From contig NC_058368.1 of assembly GCF_018350175.1 (NCBI RefSeq), forward strand, positions 42,596,001 to 42,660,000: a stretch of DNA of 64,000 bases, read 5' to 3'. Within the stretch, counting starts at the first letter, position 1. Each line of letters starts with the position of its first letter. A program made the translations under genes and the position numbers. This DNA is from Felis catus (Eukaryota). A model generated the notes under the pieces. The model was not told the origin of the DNA. It did not search any database and saw nothing but the letters and a program-made list of their open reading frames with translations. This document shows, in pieces, positions 40,261-52,410 of the stretch.

Positions 40261-41160
40261 ACCTTAGATGAATAGCATTTGTATGTTTTATATTATGATG
40301 TGACTTCTATTTATAATATCTAAGTCACCAGAGCAAATGTTAAAATACCACTGGAGTTCATTTGATACCCAATAGGACAATGGACAAAATAGGTTACAAA
40401 TTACATCTCTGAAATACTAGTTGAAATAGGAAGAAATCTCTTCCAACTCAGTTGGGCCTAAACTTGGCCATTTCTGTCCATTCTTGTTTTCAGAAAATTA
40501 AAGGTTCATGTATATGTGAGGTATTTTTACTAGTTTTATGCTAGTGTGTCAGTTAATTTTATCTAGTGTAAGTTAAGTGTATATGCCCTTATTATTTCTA
40601 TTATTTCACAGTTTTAAAAAATTTACCCCACCCACAAGTACTCTCACAAAACACGACTGCCCTAGATTTTGTTATATATCTGACACATTTGGGTTGTTCA
40701 TCAGGGCAAAAATTTAAACTACAATCATTCCAAACAGAAGATGAAAACCTCCCTTTGTTATAAGATTATAATTCCCAGTAAGGCATCTATAGCTGTGTTC
40801 AAAGCATCTATAACTCTATATACAAGCCAAAAAACGAAATCCAATTAGTTGCTAAAATTTCTTTAATCCTGGTTATCATAGTCTCAAGAACTTATTTTCA
40901 TTCTTCCAAAGGATATAAATCACATATATGTTTATTCTAAAGTTTTGAGGTCAATTTAACAGTTCCTGGAAATTTACAAATTAAATTGCAATCGTGACTT
41001 AATAAATGAGAAAAATCTTGCTGCATTAGGTTAAACATTCACTCAGGGCAAAATAAAAATTCTGGAGAAACAGTACTAGAAAACTGAAGTTTTTACTATA
41101 TACAATTTGGCTCATTTGAGAATAATTTTAAGTTAAAATATTTCCTAACTGTGGTAAACA

Positions 41161-41174
41161 CTGCCATCTAGAGG
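41161..41174 (-). promoter_or_regulatory. CTCF-like motif
   Basis: CCTCTAGATGGCAG versus consensus CCASYAGRKGGCRS (one mismatch). Confidence 0.5.
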
Positions 41175-42034
41175 ACTTTTTTGGTAATACATATCAAAAC
41201 TAAAATACCCAAATGGATTAAATGTATGGATTCATGCCATAATTTTTAGAAGTTTCACAAATCTAACAAAATTCCTAGCTTATGAAGTTAACTCAATGGC
41301 AACATTAAACTATTAAATATTTTTTCTATGATTTCAAGTATCAAGGAAGTTCTTTGAAATTTTAACCGTGATATTTTGTTTACTCACATTTGTCACATAG
41401 TAAAATTGATATTTAATTATAAGCTAATTGTAACAGAATTATAGTCAGATTCTTGCGAAAGAAACAGAATCAAGAGCTAGAAAAAGGCACAATACAGTGA
41501 TTTTAACAAACGAATGTATATACTTTAAAACTAATGTTTCTTTTGAAAAAACAACAAAATTACGTGTGCTATTCTTGTTAGTTCTTTCTTTACTCTTTTG
41601 TGTTAGTTTTAACTTGAACATTTTTCACTGCTGTTTCAGTAACTGACAATGTGCTGATTTCTAAGGTCTGCTTTTTGAGGCCTTACCCATTAATCAATGG
41701 TGGCTGAGTCTCTGCAGGATACTCAGGACCTAAAAAGGTGTAAAAAGAGGTACCTTGCTGTGTTGCCTATTTAAATAGAAATACCAACACCTCAACACTT
41801 GTGAAGTTTCCATCATCAAAAATCAGTGAACAGTAAAAACAAAAAAAATGTATTTTCTATGACATTTTTTCCAAATAGCAATGGCATCTATTTTAAATTT
41901 AAATGGCTATTAAATGTAAGCATTTTGTGAAAAATTATACAAGTGTTACTGAAATTTTTTATATGCTCCTTGAATTCCAGATTATTAATGAGATTTGTTA
42001 AGTCTACTTTATCACTTATAACTAATGTCATGTG

Positions 42035-42203
42035 GGGGCGCCTATGTGGCTCAGAGGGTTGAGGGTATGACTTCAGCTCAGGTCATGACCTCATGGTTTC
42101 TAGGTTCAAGCCCCACATCATGCTCTGTGCTGACAGCTCAGAGCTGGGAGCTTGGAGCCTGCTTCAGATTCTGTATCTTCCTCTCTCTCTGCCCCTCCCC
42201 CAC

Positions 42204-42234
<31 letters not shown>

Positions 42235-42298
42235 CGCGCGCGCGCGCGCGCGCGCGCGCGCGCACGCGCACTCTCTCAAAAGTAAATGTTAAAAAAAG
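42035..42298 (+). mobile_element. Can-SINE with internal (TG)11(CG)18 expansion
   Basis: ggggcgcc head. 17-bp TSD ataactaatgtYatgtg at 42018-42034 and 42299-42315. Confidence 0.95.
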
Positions 42299-43222
42299 AT
42301 AACTAATGTTATGTGTATTTGTAATTTTTTAGATGGCTGGGTTCTATTATAGTATCTTCTTCTTGTTAGATCCACACTTAAACTGCTAGAGATTATTCTG
42401 TTAGTAGGAAGACAATGGAAGAGTGTAAATTTCAAATTAAGTCAAACAAGACAGATACATAGCATTAAAATGTGGTTCTGCAAAGTTGCTATAAAGCTGT
42501 TCAGATGCCTCGCTGAAGGAGAAATCTATGACAAGTTATTATACAAGTAATTTTTCTTTTCATAATTTGATGGTTTAATCACAATGAATATCCATGGTAG
42601 AGACCAATTTTATTCAATTATTATTTTACATTTACGTGAGTAAAAATTACAGGGTTAATGATATGGTGGAATTCTGACTGGTATAATCATCACCATTTTG
42701 CATCTGGTGTTTCAATTGTAAATGATCACTGATGAGAAAGGAAGGAACTAAATCTATATCAATGTACATAGAAAATTATTTTTATAGTAGAGTGCTAATA
42801 TTTTCATATTATTTGATATTACACAGTTATGTATTGTATTTTTTTTATCAATGTAAGAAATACACATGGAAGGAAACAGCATGCCACAGAGAAATAGAAA
42901 CATAAAATTTGGGGCCATTCTTTCCCACTTAAAACTGTGGACCCTTGCCTCTTAATAAGAAAACTTACATGCACAAAAAATATAATTTTTCACTAGATTC
43001 AGCAGTTTTTAACATTTTATCCAATATCTTCCATCTCTTCATCATATATTTGCTCAGTTATTCCATAGATATAGACCTGTCACTACAAAATCATTCAGAA
43101 TGCAGCTCACAACAATCTTCCACATAACCACAATATCATCATGCTTTAGTAATAATAATTCCAAAATATCTAATATTTACTTTATATTCAAAATTTTCTT
43201 CTCATTTCCAGGAAGTTTATAG

Positions 43223-43279
43223 CCAATCCAATCCAATCCAATCCAATCCAATCCACGTTCTGAATCCAATCCAATCCAA
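43223..43279 (+). repeat. (CCAAT)n pentanucleotide repeat
   Basis: Six perfect units at 43223-43252 plus an interrupted continuation. Confidence 0.95.
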
Positions 43280-43473
43280 GCTACATTCACAATGCCTTTG
43301 TTATAGTTCTTTAGTCTTAAAGCGCTCTCAATTTTTTTTTTTTTTTTGGCCAGTTTAAGACAGTTGTAGGATAGACTATTCCATAATCTGGATTTACTTA
43401 ATTGCTTCCTATTGGGTTACTAACCTGATTCTCTGTGATCTGAATTTTTTGTAAACTGGGAGTGAGATCTAAG

Positions 43474-43964
43474 CAGTGCTGTCCAATAAAAATATAATTT
43501 GGGCTGCATATATAATTTTAAATATTCTAATAGCCACTCTTAAGAAAAAAAGAGGTACAATTATTTTTTTAATATTTTTTGAAATTGATTTATTTTGAGA
43601 GAGAGTGTGAGTGGAGGAGAAACAGAGAGAGGGAGACACAGAATCCAAAGTAGGCTCCAGGCTCTGAGCTATCAGCACAGAGCCCAACACGCAGCTTAAA
43701 CCCATGAACTGTGAGATCATGACCTAAGCCAAAGTCAGGTGCTTGACTGACTGAGGCACCCAGGTGCACCATAAAATTATTTTTAATAATATGCTTTATT
43801 CAACCCAATATATCAAAAATACATTTCAGCATTAATCAATATAATTTTTAAATATATTAATTATTGGAGTACCAGATCTACAAAATCTGGCATATACTCT
43901 AAGAGCACAATTCATGTCTTCAGTAGCCACATAGGTCTAGGGGCTACCATACTGGGTAGTACAG
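43474..43964 (-). mobile_element. MER33-like (hAT-Charlie), split by a SINE
   Basis: cagtgctgtccaata...ttctaatagccac...caacccaatatatc...gtagccacat...ggctaccatactgggtagtacag. Confidence 0.75.
43565..43770 (-). mobile_element. Can-SINE
   Basis: T tail, GA tract, ggctccaggctctgagct, ending caggtgcacc. Confidence 0.92.
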
Positions 43965-44305
43965 GATTAGAACCAGAGTCTTAGGTGAGGCTGTGTTCTT
44001 CACATTCACTTACACCAGGAAACTCAATTTCAAACTGTTTCACTATTCATGATGCCAAGTACAGTTATTTTATATAGGAAAGGACTGTAATCTGTTCTAC
44101 TGTAGAGGGATTTTTCCACTTTTCAATTAGTAAATGATCTATAGGATGACACACTGTCAAATAACGAAATATTCAAAGAGAGCCAAACTGGCAACAAATG
44201 CTCCTGACATGCCCTGATGATTTTTGACCTGAATCAGTAATTACACATTACAAAACAGATTTTCTAATGCTGTTATCTTTTCTTCTTTTATTAGATGTCT
44301 TTTTA

Positions 44306-44341
44306 AAAAAATGTTTTTAATGTTCATTTATTTGAGAGAGA

Positions 44342-44400
<59 letters not shown>

Positions 44401-44485
44401 CCAGGAGAAAGAGGAGGGGCAGAGAGGAGGATACACAGAATCTGAAGCAGGCTCCAGGTTCTGAGCTGTCAGCACAGCTGACACC
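44306..44485 (-). mobile_element. Can-SINE, 5'-truncated, with long (GA)n
   Basis: cacagaatctgaagcaggctccagg. Flanked by tagatgtc(t/a)tttt direct repeats. Confidence 0.9.
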
Positions 44486-46780
44486 TAGATGTCATTTTTC
44501 ACAAAGCTGTCCTTCCTCATTTTCTTTTACTATCGTTTAAAAAAAAATTCCCAATCAGATTTTCAAATTCCAATGCTTCTTCACATTCTATAGAAGATCC
44601 TTTTTCATAGTATCCTGTTCTTACCTCTTGAATGCAAGTTTTTCCTCAAATTGTTTTGTGTAGTCGATAGTCCTGGGTTTGGCTTAATTTTGAATGCACA
44701 TTGTGAAGGTGTCCGAGGCCCCAAATGAACATTGTGAAGACCCAGGACTCAGACCTTGGAGACCCAAACCCTGATCAGTAGTATCCATGGAGGAATGAAC
44801 ATGAAATAGAAGACTAAGATTTCAGGGTTCTCTCACAGTTCACCTAGGATAACCTAAAATCACATAGGCAGTCTTTCTTAATCCTAAACTTCTTGTAAGC
44901 CTGGATCTTTCTAAATTCAGGTCTAAACTTCCTGTGTCCTAAACTATAAGTTTCTTTGCTTTGAACATGTGCTTTCCTTGTTTTTTGATCTTTCATAAAT
45001 GTATTGAAACTTCAACATCTGCTTACAACTTTGTGTGTTCCTCAACCTTGTGGCATTTGCCTCATCTTATTTCTTTACTGGCATTGTGAAGGTTTTGTTT
45101 TTGTTTTTTTTTTTTGGAAGAGTTAAACATGCAATCATTCCCTTATCAAGAAAAAAACCCTATGTATATTTATATACTAATTATGTATTTATATTTACAT
45201 TAGAGATATATTTTTATATAAATAAATATATGCCATATTAGATTCAGAAATCTCAGAAATGAGTCAATTCACATTAATGTGAGTACAACTTCACCTATGC
45301 TGGTTGCACTTAGAAAAGCCAGCCTCCAGTCATCTGATGATTTCTGCCTTTAGAAGATAAATTCAACATCTAATTTTTTGTCATTTTGCACATAGAATGT
45401 AATTATGAGAAAACACTTAAAAATGTCACTTCTCATGGCTTTGTCATGGCTCCTTACTCATGCTTCCTACCAATCACTGATGCCATTTTCCTAGTATGAA
45501 GGATATCCAGCTTGCTGCTTGGTAGAAAAAACAGTCCTCAGTCACAGTATCCAAGTATAAGGCGGTTTTCCTTGCCTTACCATTCAGCAGATATTAAAAG
45601 AACATCACTGGCAATTGAATAAAATGAATTCGTGGCTAAGTACGTTTCTACATTTGCTAAACCATTTGAGGAAGAAACTTAAAGAATCTCTGTTCTGCCA
45701 TTTTAGTTGCTGGGGCTTTCATACCATCTTGAAAAAGCTATAAACACTGCTCAGAATGGCATTACCTGAAGTAGAATGGGAGACCAATCCACCGTCCTCC
45801 TGGAGAATTCACCAGGAATCCTCAATGACAGCGTCAGGACAAAGCATGAATTCTCTGGAGCCCCAGCCTTCCCTAAGATTTCTAACTTCTACCTGCTCTG
45901 TCTTCCTGGCTCTCCCCTCAGTTCCCTATGGGGTTTGAGGCCTGTGCAGAGTCCTGGCCTGCAGGCATCTTGAACTCCTTCCTCCTGACAGGTGTTGCTA
46001 TACCTCTTTGTTTGCAGGAGGCCTTAATTCATAGAGCAACAGAGGAGCCAAATATTGTCATTGGCCAGACTCTGAACCTCATTGTGGTACAGACCAGTCA
46101 CCAAATATGGACCTGCTAGAATAGGTGTCCTGTGTTTTAGACTCACTGATCAATTTGTCTTGGATGTTAACATTTGTAATGCTTACCTTCTCCACCCTCA
46201 TCCCCCATCTGCACTTCCGGGGAGCATTCCAACAACCAAATTAAACCTCAAGAAAGGATCAGCTTCTTCCCTGCTGTCTTCTGGCCCAGCTGCTTGCCTA
46301 AACACCCTCCATTCTTCCCCCGTTCCTCTTCTCTCCCTTACAAATCCTGAAAGGTCTTCCAATGGGGTGGTAGTGGTTTTCAAATGGATTTGAGGGCATT
46401 CCCACCTGGCTTCTAAACTTATTGCATGAATACTTCCTTAAAGTGTTTACTCTAAGTCAAGGGTTTTGTTTTTGTTTTTTCTGTAACTTCTTTACTTACA
46501 AAAAAAAAAAAAAAAAGATAATCATCTGTACTCTAAACAAATATAAAAGACCACAGTGCATTGTAGAGTGCTTACTCACAATTTCAAGAACTGGTATCCA
46601 CCTACTGTGATGTCTGTTGATTATTTTCCTGAGGTTTCAGGGTTGAACTCCAAGTTAAGACATATATGATATTGCCATACAGTAGCCAGGTCTATATACC
46701 ACATACATATCTCTTTCATGATTTAGGAGGTCTAAATCATGCAACGTGGAAATGGTTTATTTTTCTCCGAATATCTTTAA

Positions 46781-46978
46781 ATTTTTTGTTTAATGATTTT
46801 AAATGTTTATTTTTCAGAGAAAGTGCAAGTAGGGGAGGGGTGGGGGTGGGGAAGAGTACCTGAAGTGGGCTCTCCACTGATAGCAGCAAGCCTGACATGG
46901 GGCTTGAACTCATGAACTGCGAGATCATGACTGAAGCCAAAGCCAGACACTTGACCAACTGAGACACCCGGGTGCCCC
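46781..46978 (-). mobile_element. Can-SINE
   Basis: ggggcttgaactcatgaactgcgagatcatgac...ccgggtgcccc. Confidence 0.9.
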
Positions 46979-47165
46979 ATAAGTTTATTTTTGAGGGGTG
47001 GGGGAAGCTGAGAAAGAGAGGGAGAAGGGGAGAGAGAGAATCCCAAGCAGGCTCTGTGCTGTCAGTTCAGAGTCCGTTCTGGGACTCGCTCTCATGACCC
47101 AAGATCAGGACCGGAGCTGAAATCGAGAGTTGCATACTTAACCCACTGAACCACCTAGGCGCCCT
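46979..47165 (-). mobile_element. Can-SINE
   Basis: gagaatcccaagcaggctct...ccacctaggcgccct. Confidence 0.9.
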
Positions 47166-47415
47166 GATATCTTTTTAAAGACTTGAAAAAGAATCCAGAA
47201 AATTACATATAATTGAAAAAATACATAATATTTTTTAAAATGGCTTTATTACTGAGACTTTGAGATTTGTGGACATATTGTCAAGTCTCTCATTTATTTT
47301 TTAAAAAAGACACATACATACAGCAATTGCATGGATTTTGCTGTTTTCCAATTTAACTATTTTATTGATTTTATTTCAGCGGTATTTTATATTTTAAATG
47401 TCAGTATGAATCATT

Positions 47416-47639
47416 TTTATTTTATTTTATTTATTTTAACGTTTTATTTATTTTTGAGACAAGGAGAGACAGAGCATGAACAGGGGAGGGTCAGAGAGAG
47501 GGAGACACAGAATTCGAAACAGGCTCCAGGCTCTGAGCCGTCAGCACAGAGCCCGACGCGGGGCTCGAACTCACAGACCGCGAGATCATGACCTGAGCCG
47601 AAGTCGGCCGCCTAACTGACTGAGCCACCCAGGCGCCCC
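47416..47639 (-). mobile_element. SINEC_Fc-type SINE, young and CpG-rich
   Basis: Intact CpGs. TSD tgaatcatt at 47407-47415 and 47640-47648. Confidence 0.95.
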
Positions 47640-47648
47640 TGAATCATT

Positions 47649-47846
47649 ATTTTTAAATGTTTTTGAGAGAGACAGACAAACAGAGCGTGAGCAGGGGAGG
47701 GGCAGAGAGAGAGGGAGACATGGAATCTGAAGCAGGCTCTAGGCTCTGAGCTGTCAGCCCAGACGCAGGGCTCGAACCCACGAACCATGAGATCATGACC
47801 TGGGCTGAAGTCTGACGCTTAAACGACGGAGCCACCCAGACACCCC
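47649..47846 (-). mobile_element. SINEC_Fc-type SINE
   Basis: TSD taaatgtcagtatgaat at 47395-47411 and 47847-47863. Confidence 0.95.
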
Positions 47847-48759
47847 TAAATGTCAGTATGAATTATACTTGCTGTTTGTAATTCTGATAGTGTTAACTGC
47901 ACTGTCTTTGTCACTTAGTATCTTAAATTTATACAATTAATCTTCGAATCTCTCACACAATGCTTTCATAACAGCTGAGAAATAGTGTATATATACATAT
48001 AACTGAAGCAAGTGTTATAAACATTTTAACAAGTTCAGGTTAGTAACAGGATTACTTAATTTAGTATGATACAGAAAGAATGGTTACCTATTCACATTAG
48101 TGATTAAATTCCATGTTTAATTTAATCTTACTTTTAATATTCTCCTTCCACCAAAATGTGGCATTTATATATAAAAATGTTTCAGTTGAAATAGCTCCTT
48201 GAGTTACAAAGCTATACAAACTCGTTAGAGAAAGGGAAATTTTTTAAGAATAGTGTAATATGGAGTGTGAATGTCTCCTCTCACATTGTCTGTTCTGCAT
48301 TACCAACAGATTAGCGTGCAATAACTCTAGACTGCCTGGCTCTTCCCTCACCCCCACACCATACTCATGCACACAAATATGAATTCGTTATTTAGTTTTT
48401 GTATGGAAATACACAGATCAACTTTATCAGTACTGGGGAGAACATTCTTGATATTTAACCATTTCCATATACTTTTTCTCTAAAACTCATTTCTATGTTG
48501 GTCATCACAACACATATATCCTTGTTTCTTTTGTCCTCCTATAAATATCTAGAACTGAGATTGCTGGGTAGGAGGAAATGCATATGTTAAATATTTCCAA
48601 ATTGCTTTCCGGACAGAAATCAACTTAAAGATGTACCAATAGTATATTTTCAATCCTTTCTAACATTGATAAAAATGAACAAAATCGATCATTATCCAAC
48701 AGGCAAAAACGATTTAACTTTTCATTTATTTGATCATTAACTTGATATTTTAAAATTAC

Positions 48760-48853
48760 ATGTGTGTGTATGTATGTGTATATATATATATATGTGTATA
48801 TATATGTGTGTATATATATATGTATATATATAGGTATATATATACACACACAC
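48760..48853. repeat. (TA)/(TG)/(CA) microsatellite
   Basis: Read directly. Confidence 0.95.
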
Positions 48854-48866
48854 TTTATTTCTTTTA

Positions 48867-49080
48867 TAATTTTTTTCAACGTTTATTTATTTTTGGGGAC
48901 AGAGAGAGACAGAGCGTGAACGGGGGAGGGGCAGAGAGAGAGGGAGACACAGAATCAGAAACAGGCTCCAGGCTCCGAGCCATCAGCCCAGAGTCTGACG
49001 CGGGGCTCGAACTCACGGAACGCGAGATCGTGACCTGGCTGAAGTCGGACGCTTAACCGACTGCGCCACCCAGGCGCCCC
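48867..49080 (-). mobile_element. SINEC_Fc-type SINE, young
   Basis: ttaaccgactgcgccacccaggcgcccc end. TSD tKtatttctttta at 48854-48866 and 49081-49093. Confidence 0.95.
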
Positions 49081-52000
49081 TGTATTTCTTTTAGTAGTTG
49101 CCTGTTCATGCCATTTTGTTTTCTAACAAATTATCTATTTCTTATTGAAATACAGAAGCCCATTCATTTTGAAAATATTCTCAAATTATTTTTATCTTGT
49201 TTGCTTTTCAACTTTATGATCTTTTAATAGAAAATTTAAGACTAAATGTCATCAAATCTGTTATGTGTCCCTTTCCAGTTTTGAGTTTCACATCATAGCT
49301 ACAAGAATCTAACCCATCCCAAGATCATAAAAAAAGTCACTAAATTAAGCAGTTACAGACTTTAAAACATGTTTTACTTATTACCCTCCATCTTTAACAC
49401 TGTACTAACATGGCAATAACAATAAAAGCCAAATTTCAAACTTGTACAATAGTTTAGCAAGGAATGAATATTGATGCATTTAACAGGAAAAACACCCAGT
49501 TTATGAGGAAATTTTGAACGAAAAAGGTTTAAGCCCAACTATAATTTATAACATGTCAAATGTCGAGAATACAGGATAAATAATAGTGGTTCTGCCCTCT
49601 CAGAGAACAGGTGGAGGTAGAAAACGCAAGAAGAAAAAGCTCACTTAAAAAGCTGATTTCTATGCCATCCAACAACATTTCCTATAAGGTGTTCCTCAGC
49701 ATTCATGAGAAAATAAAACAGATCTAAAGAGAAATGGGTCCTATGGTCAAATATTTTTGGAATGTTCTACTTAAACATATTTTAGGGCTCTACATAAAAT
49801 ATATTACCATATGGAATGTTATCACTTACTAAAAGAAACAATGTGTTTCTAAACTGTTTGAACACTTACTTACAAAGGAGCAATTGCAAATGGTGTGTCA
49901 GGAAACAATAGACAAAATGTATCTATGATACATAAACTAAACGTATTTGCTATTTGTGTCTAGATGCTTAAATAAAATGTGTTTGTTTATATATGCACAT
50001 ACCTTAACCTGATAATCTTCTAGTCTGGGAAGTTCTGGTTTTTCACCTTGCCTGCCTCTGGGAAGGGAAAAGTTCAGACTAGAAACACAATGCCTATCTG
50101 TTGAATTTCAAAATACACTTAATATTCATCTCAAAGGCATGAATTTGAGAGAAAAATAATGAGTTCCAAAAGCTTGGATTTGAGGGCTAAGCCCCCCAAG
50201 TCCATGGCATCTTAGATACGAATTCCCGTGCAGTGATTTAACAGTCTGTGCCAGCTTCAGAAGATCAAGCACCTTCGCTGGTCAGTGCCAGACAGCTGCA
50301 CGGAAGCCCAATGAATTACCAGTCTTCACTGTGTGAATGAATTCTCCCCACAACCACGTGGCCAAGAAACTACTTGTACTTCTCATTTCTGTCCTGCAGG
50401 GACTTTTCTTTGGTATTAGCCTATCTCCGCCTGAAAGTTCAGTGGAGCTGATGCCTCTGAGTCTGAAATCTTTGCTCAGCTCGTCTAAACTATGCCAGGT
50501 GGACAACCTTCCCATTTCAAAATGTAGAACATTCAAAAACCACTCTGTCTACCTGGAGGGACAGAGGGGTCGGAAAGGTAAAGGAGTCCGACATTTGCAT
50601 TTGATGTGTCTCTGGCACAAATTTGCTTAGTACTTTCAGTTGAATAAATTATGTTTCACCCAAACTTTGTCTTCTAACACCCATTGTTCTATACTGAATA
50701 GTGACAGATAGTTTGCTAATTGAATATCTGTCTTTTCTTATTTACGAATGTACATTTTAAATATTTACTTAGTTCAAAGTTCAACTCTCTATCAGAGCTC
50801 TCTCTCTTCCACCTGGCAAGGGAACTAAGGTAGCTCCTCTTCCAGAAAGACTTCAGCCTTCCCAGAGTAACAGCCCTTTTCCCCTTGTACAACAAGCACC
50901 CCCACCAGTGTCTTAGTTATGTGCTCTTCTCATTCTAGGTCTTCTAGCTCCCTGAATGCCCTCTATTCCTACTTACCAATATACATTTCCTTTGGCCCAG
51001 TACACTAACTGACCAAAGGTGAAGAGAGCATTCTGCATTTTTCTGGATGCTCTGTGTCTCCTGTCTTACTCTTGGGAATCTCAATAGACACTTAGTAATC
51101 ATGTATTTGACAAATGACTCTCACAGCAAACCTACATTAGAAAGTGGAACTAAGGGTCAAGAACGACCCTTACGTTTGTGACCTCAGCCCTTCACAGTTT
51201 CACCCATTTCTAAACTTTACTCAAAAACCGCAATGCTAACCACAGCCTTTATTCCAAATGTTTCTCTCTATGCCTCTATGGAAATAGATGAAACCAGGTC
51301 CCAGCAGAAAAGAGGGTTGATAGGACTGGAGGTATGCAAAGTGGCAGGGCTGAAGTCACTTAATTGCCCTATTTTCAACCTGGAAATTAACTATATTTTT
51401 CTATCTTCAACCTCTGTTAATTACTTCCTGGCAACTTATTGGATATATCAAGGGATAATTTCAGGAAAGCTGTTAAAGCATAGTTGAAGCTGTCCTGACC
51501 TCTAGAAATTTATCAAGCCGGTATTGGTTTATTTTAAAGTATTTGTGGTTCAAGGTTGATAGGACTCAGATATGTTAAAAAGTAGTTAATTCAATGTCAC
51601 TCTTTGTCTTTTGAATAAGCTGCTCTTGTTACTCTATTGTGATGTCCATTACCTAATTTTTTTTTCCTTTTTAAAAATGTGTATTTTTAATGTGTAATAA
51701 TAGTCATAAGGGTCAGAATTCAAAAGGTACAAAAGATTATGTGATAGGAAGTTCTCTCTCCCATCTACCCACCAGCCACTCCATTCTTCAGCTGCCTCAA
51801 GAAAGAATGTGTATAGACAAGTATAGTCATCTTGACTCTTTACTGGCCCCCAAACATACTGTGTTTACTGCTCTTCTAGCTGGAAGTCTTGGTCCATATC
51901 TTCCTGCTTATTCATCCATTTTCTCATCCTTCAATGCTTAGTCTAACATTTTTAAATGAACATGATGGCACATTTTCTTTATGCTGTATGCTTTTTTGTT

Positions 52001-52195
52001 ATAGGGCCAGGGACAAATACAACTTTAGAGCAAATTAATGTTATTGATGACAGACAGCATATAAAATCCATCCTCTGAGGTTAAGTTCCAACAGTATGTT
52101 ATTATATAACATTATCATCATAATGATTATAATGATAAGTCTAACATTCCTTCCCACACATTCATGTTGAGAAAAATCATTTTGCTAGTGAACAC

Positions 52196-52410
52196 AGCAA
52201 TCATTTGTTGAATGCCTACTATGTGCCAGGTATTCCACTAAGTACTTTACAAATGCCATCTCCTGTGTAAGCGCCCTTCTGGGAACTTTTATCTTCATTT
52301 TGCAGATAAACCTCTCAAAACACTGTTAAGTGCCATGACAAGTTCATACCAGCAGTTGGTGGCAGAACAGGGATTCGAAATTATTTCATTCTCACTGAAA
52401 AGCTCAGGCT
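52196..52410 (-). mobile_element. MIR
   Basis: tgaatgcctactatgtgccagg...taagtactttaca...cattttgcagat...ggtggcagaacagggattcgaa. Confidence 0.8.

Larger units (their letters stand above)
42930..44290 (-). mobile_element. Old L1 (L1M-type) 3' remnant, interrupted by later insertions
   Basis: Degenerate L1-like phrasing. Boundaries approximate. Confidence 0.4.

Noticed and set aside
47416..49080. tRNA-like A/B boxes
   Set aside because: These are tRNA-derived SINE heads, not tRNA genes.
50260..50300. REST/RE1-like TCAGTGCCAGACAGC
   Set aside because: The left half-site mismatches TCAGCACC and the spacing is wrong.
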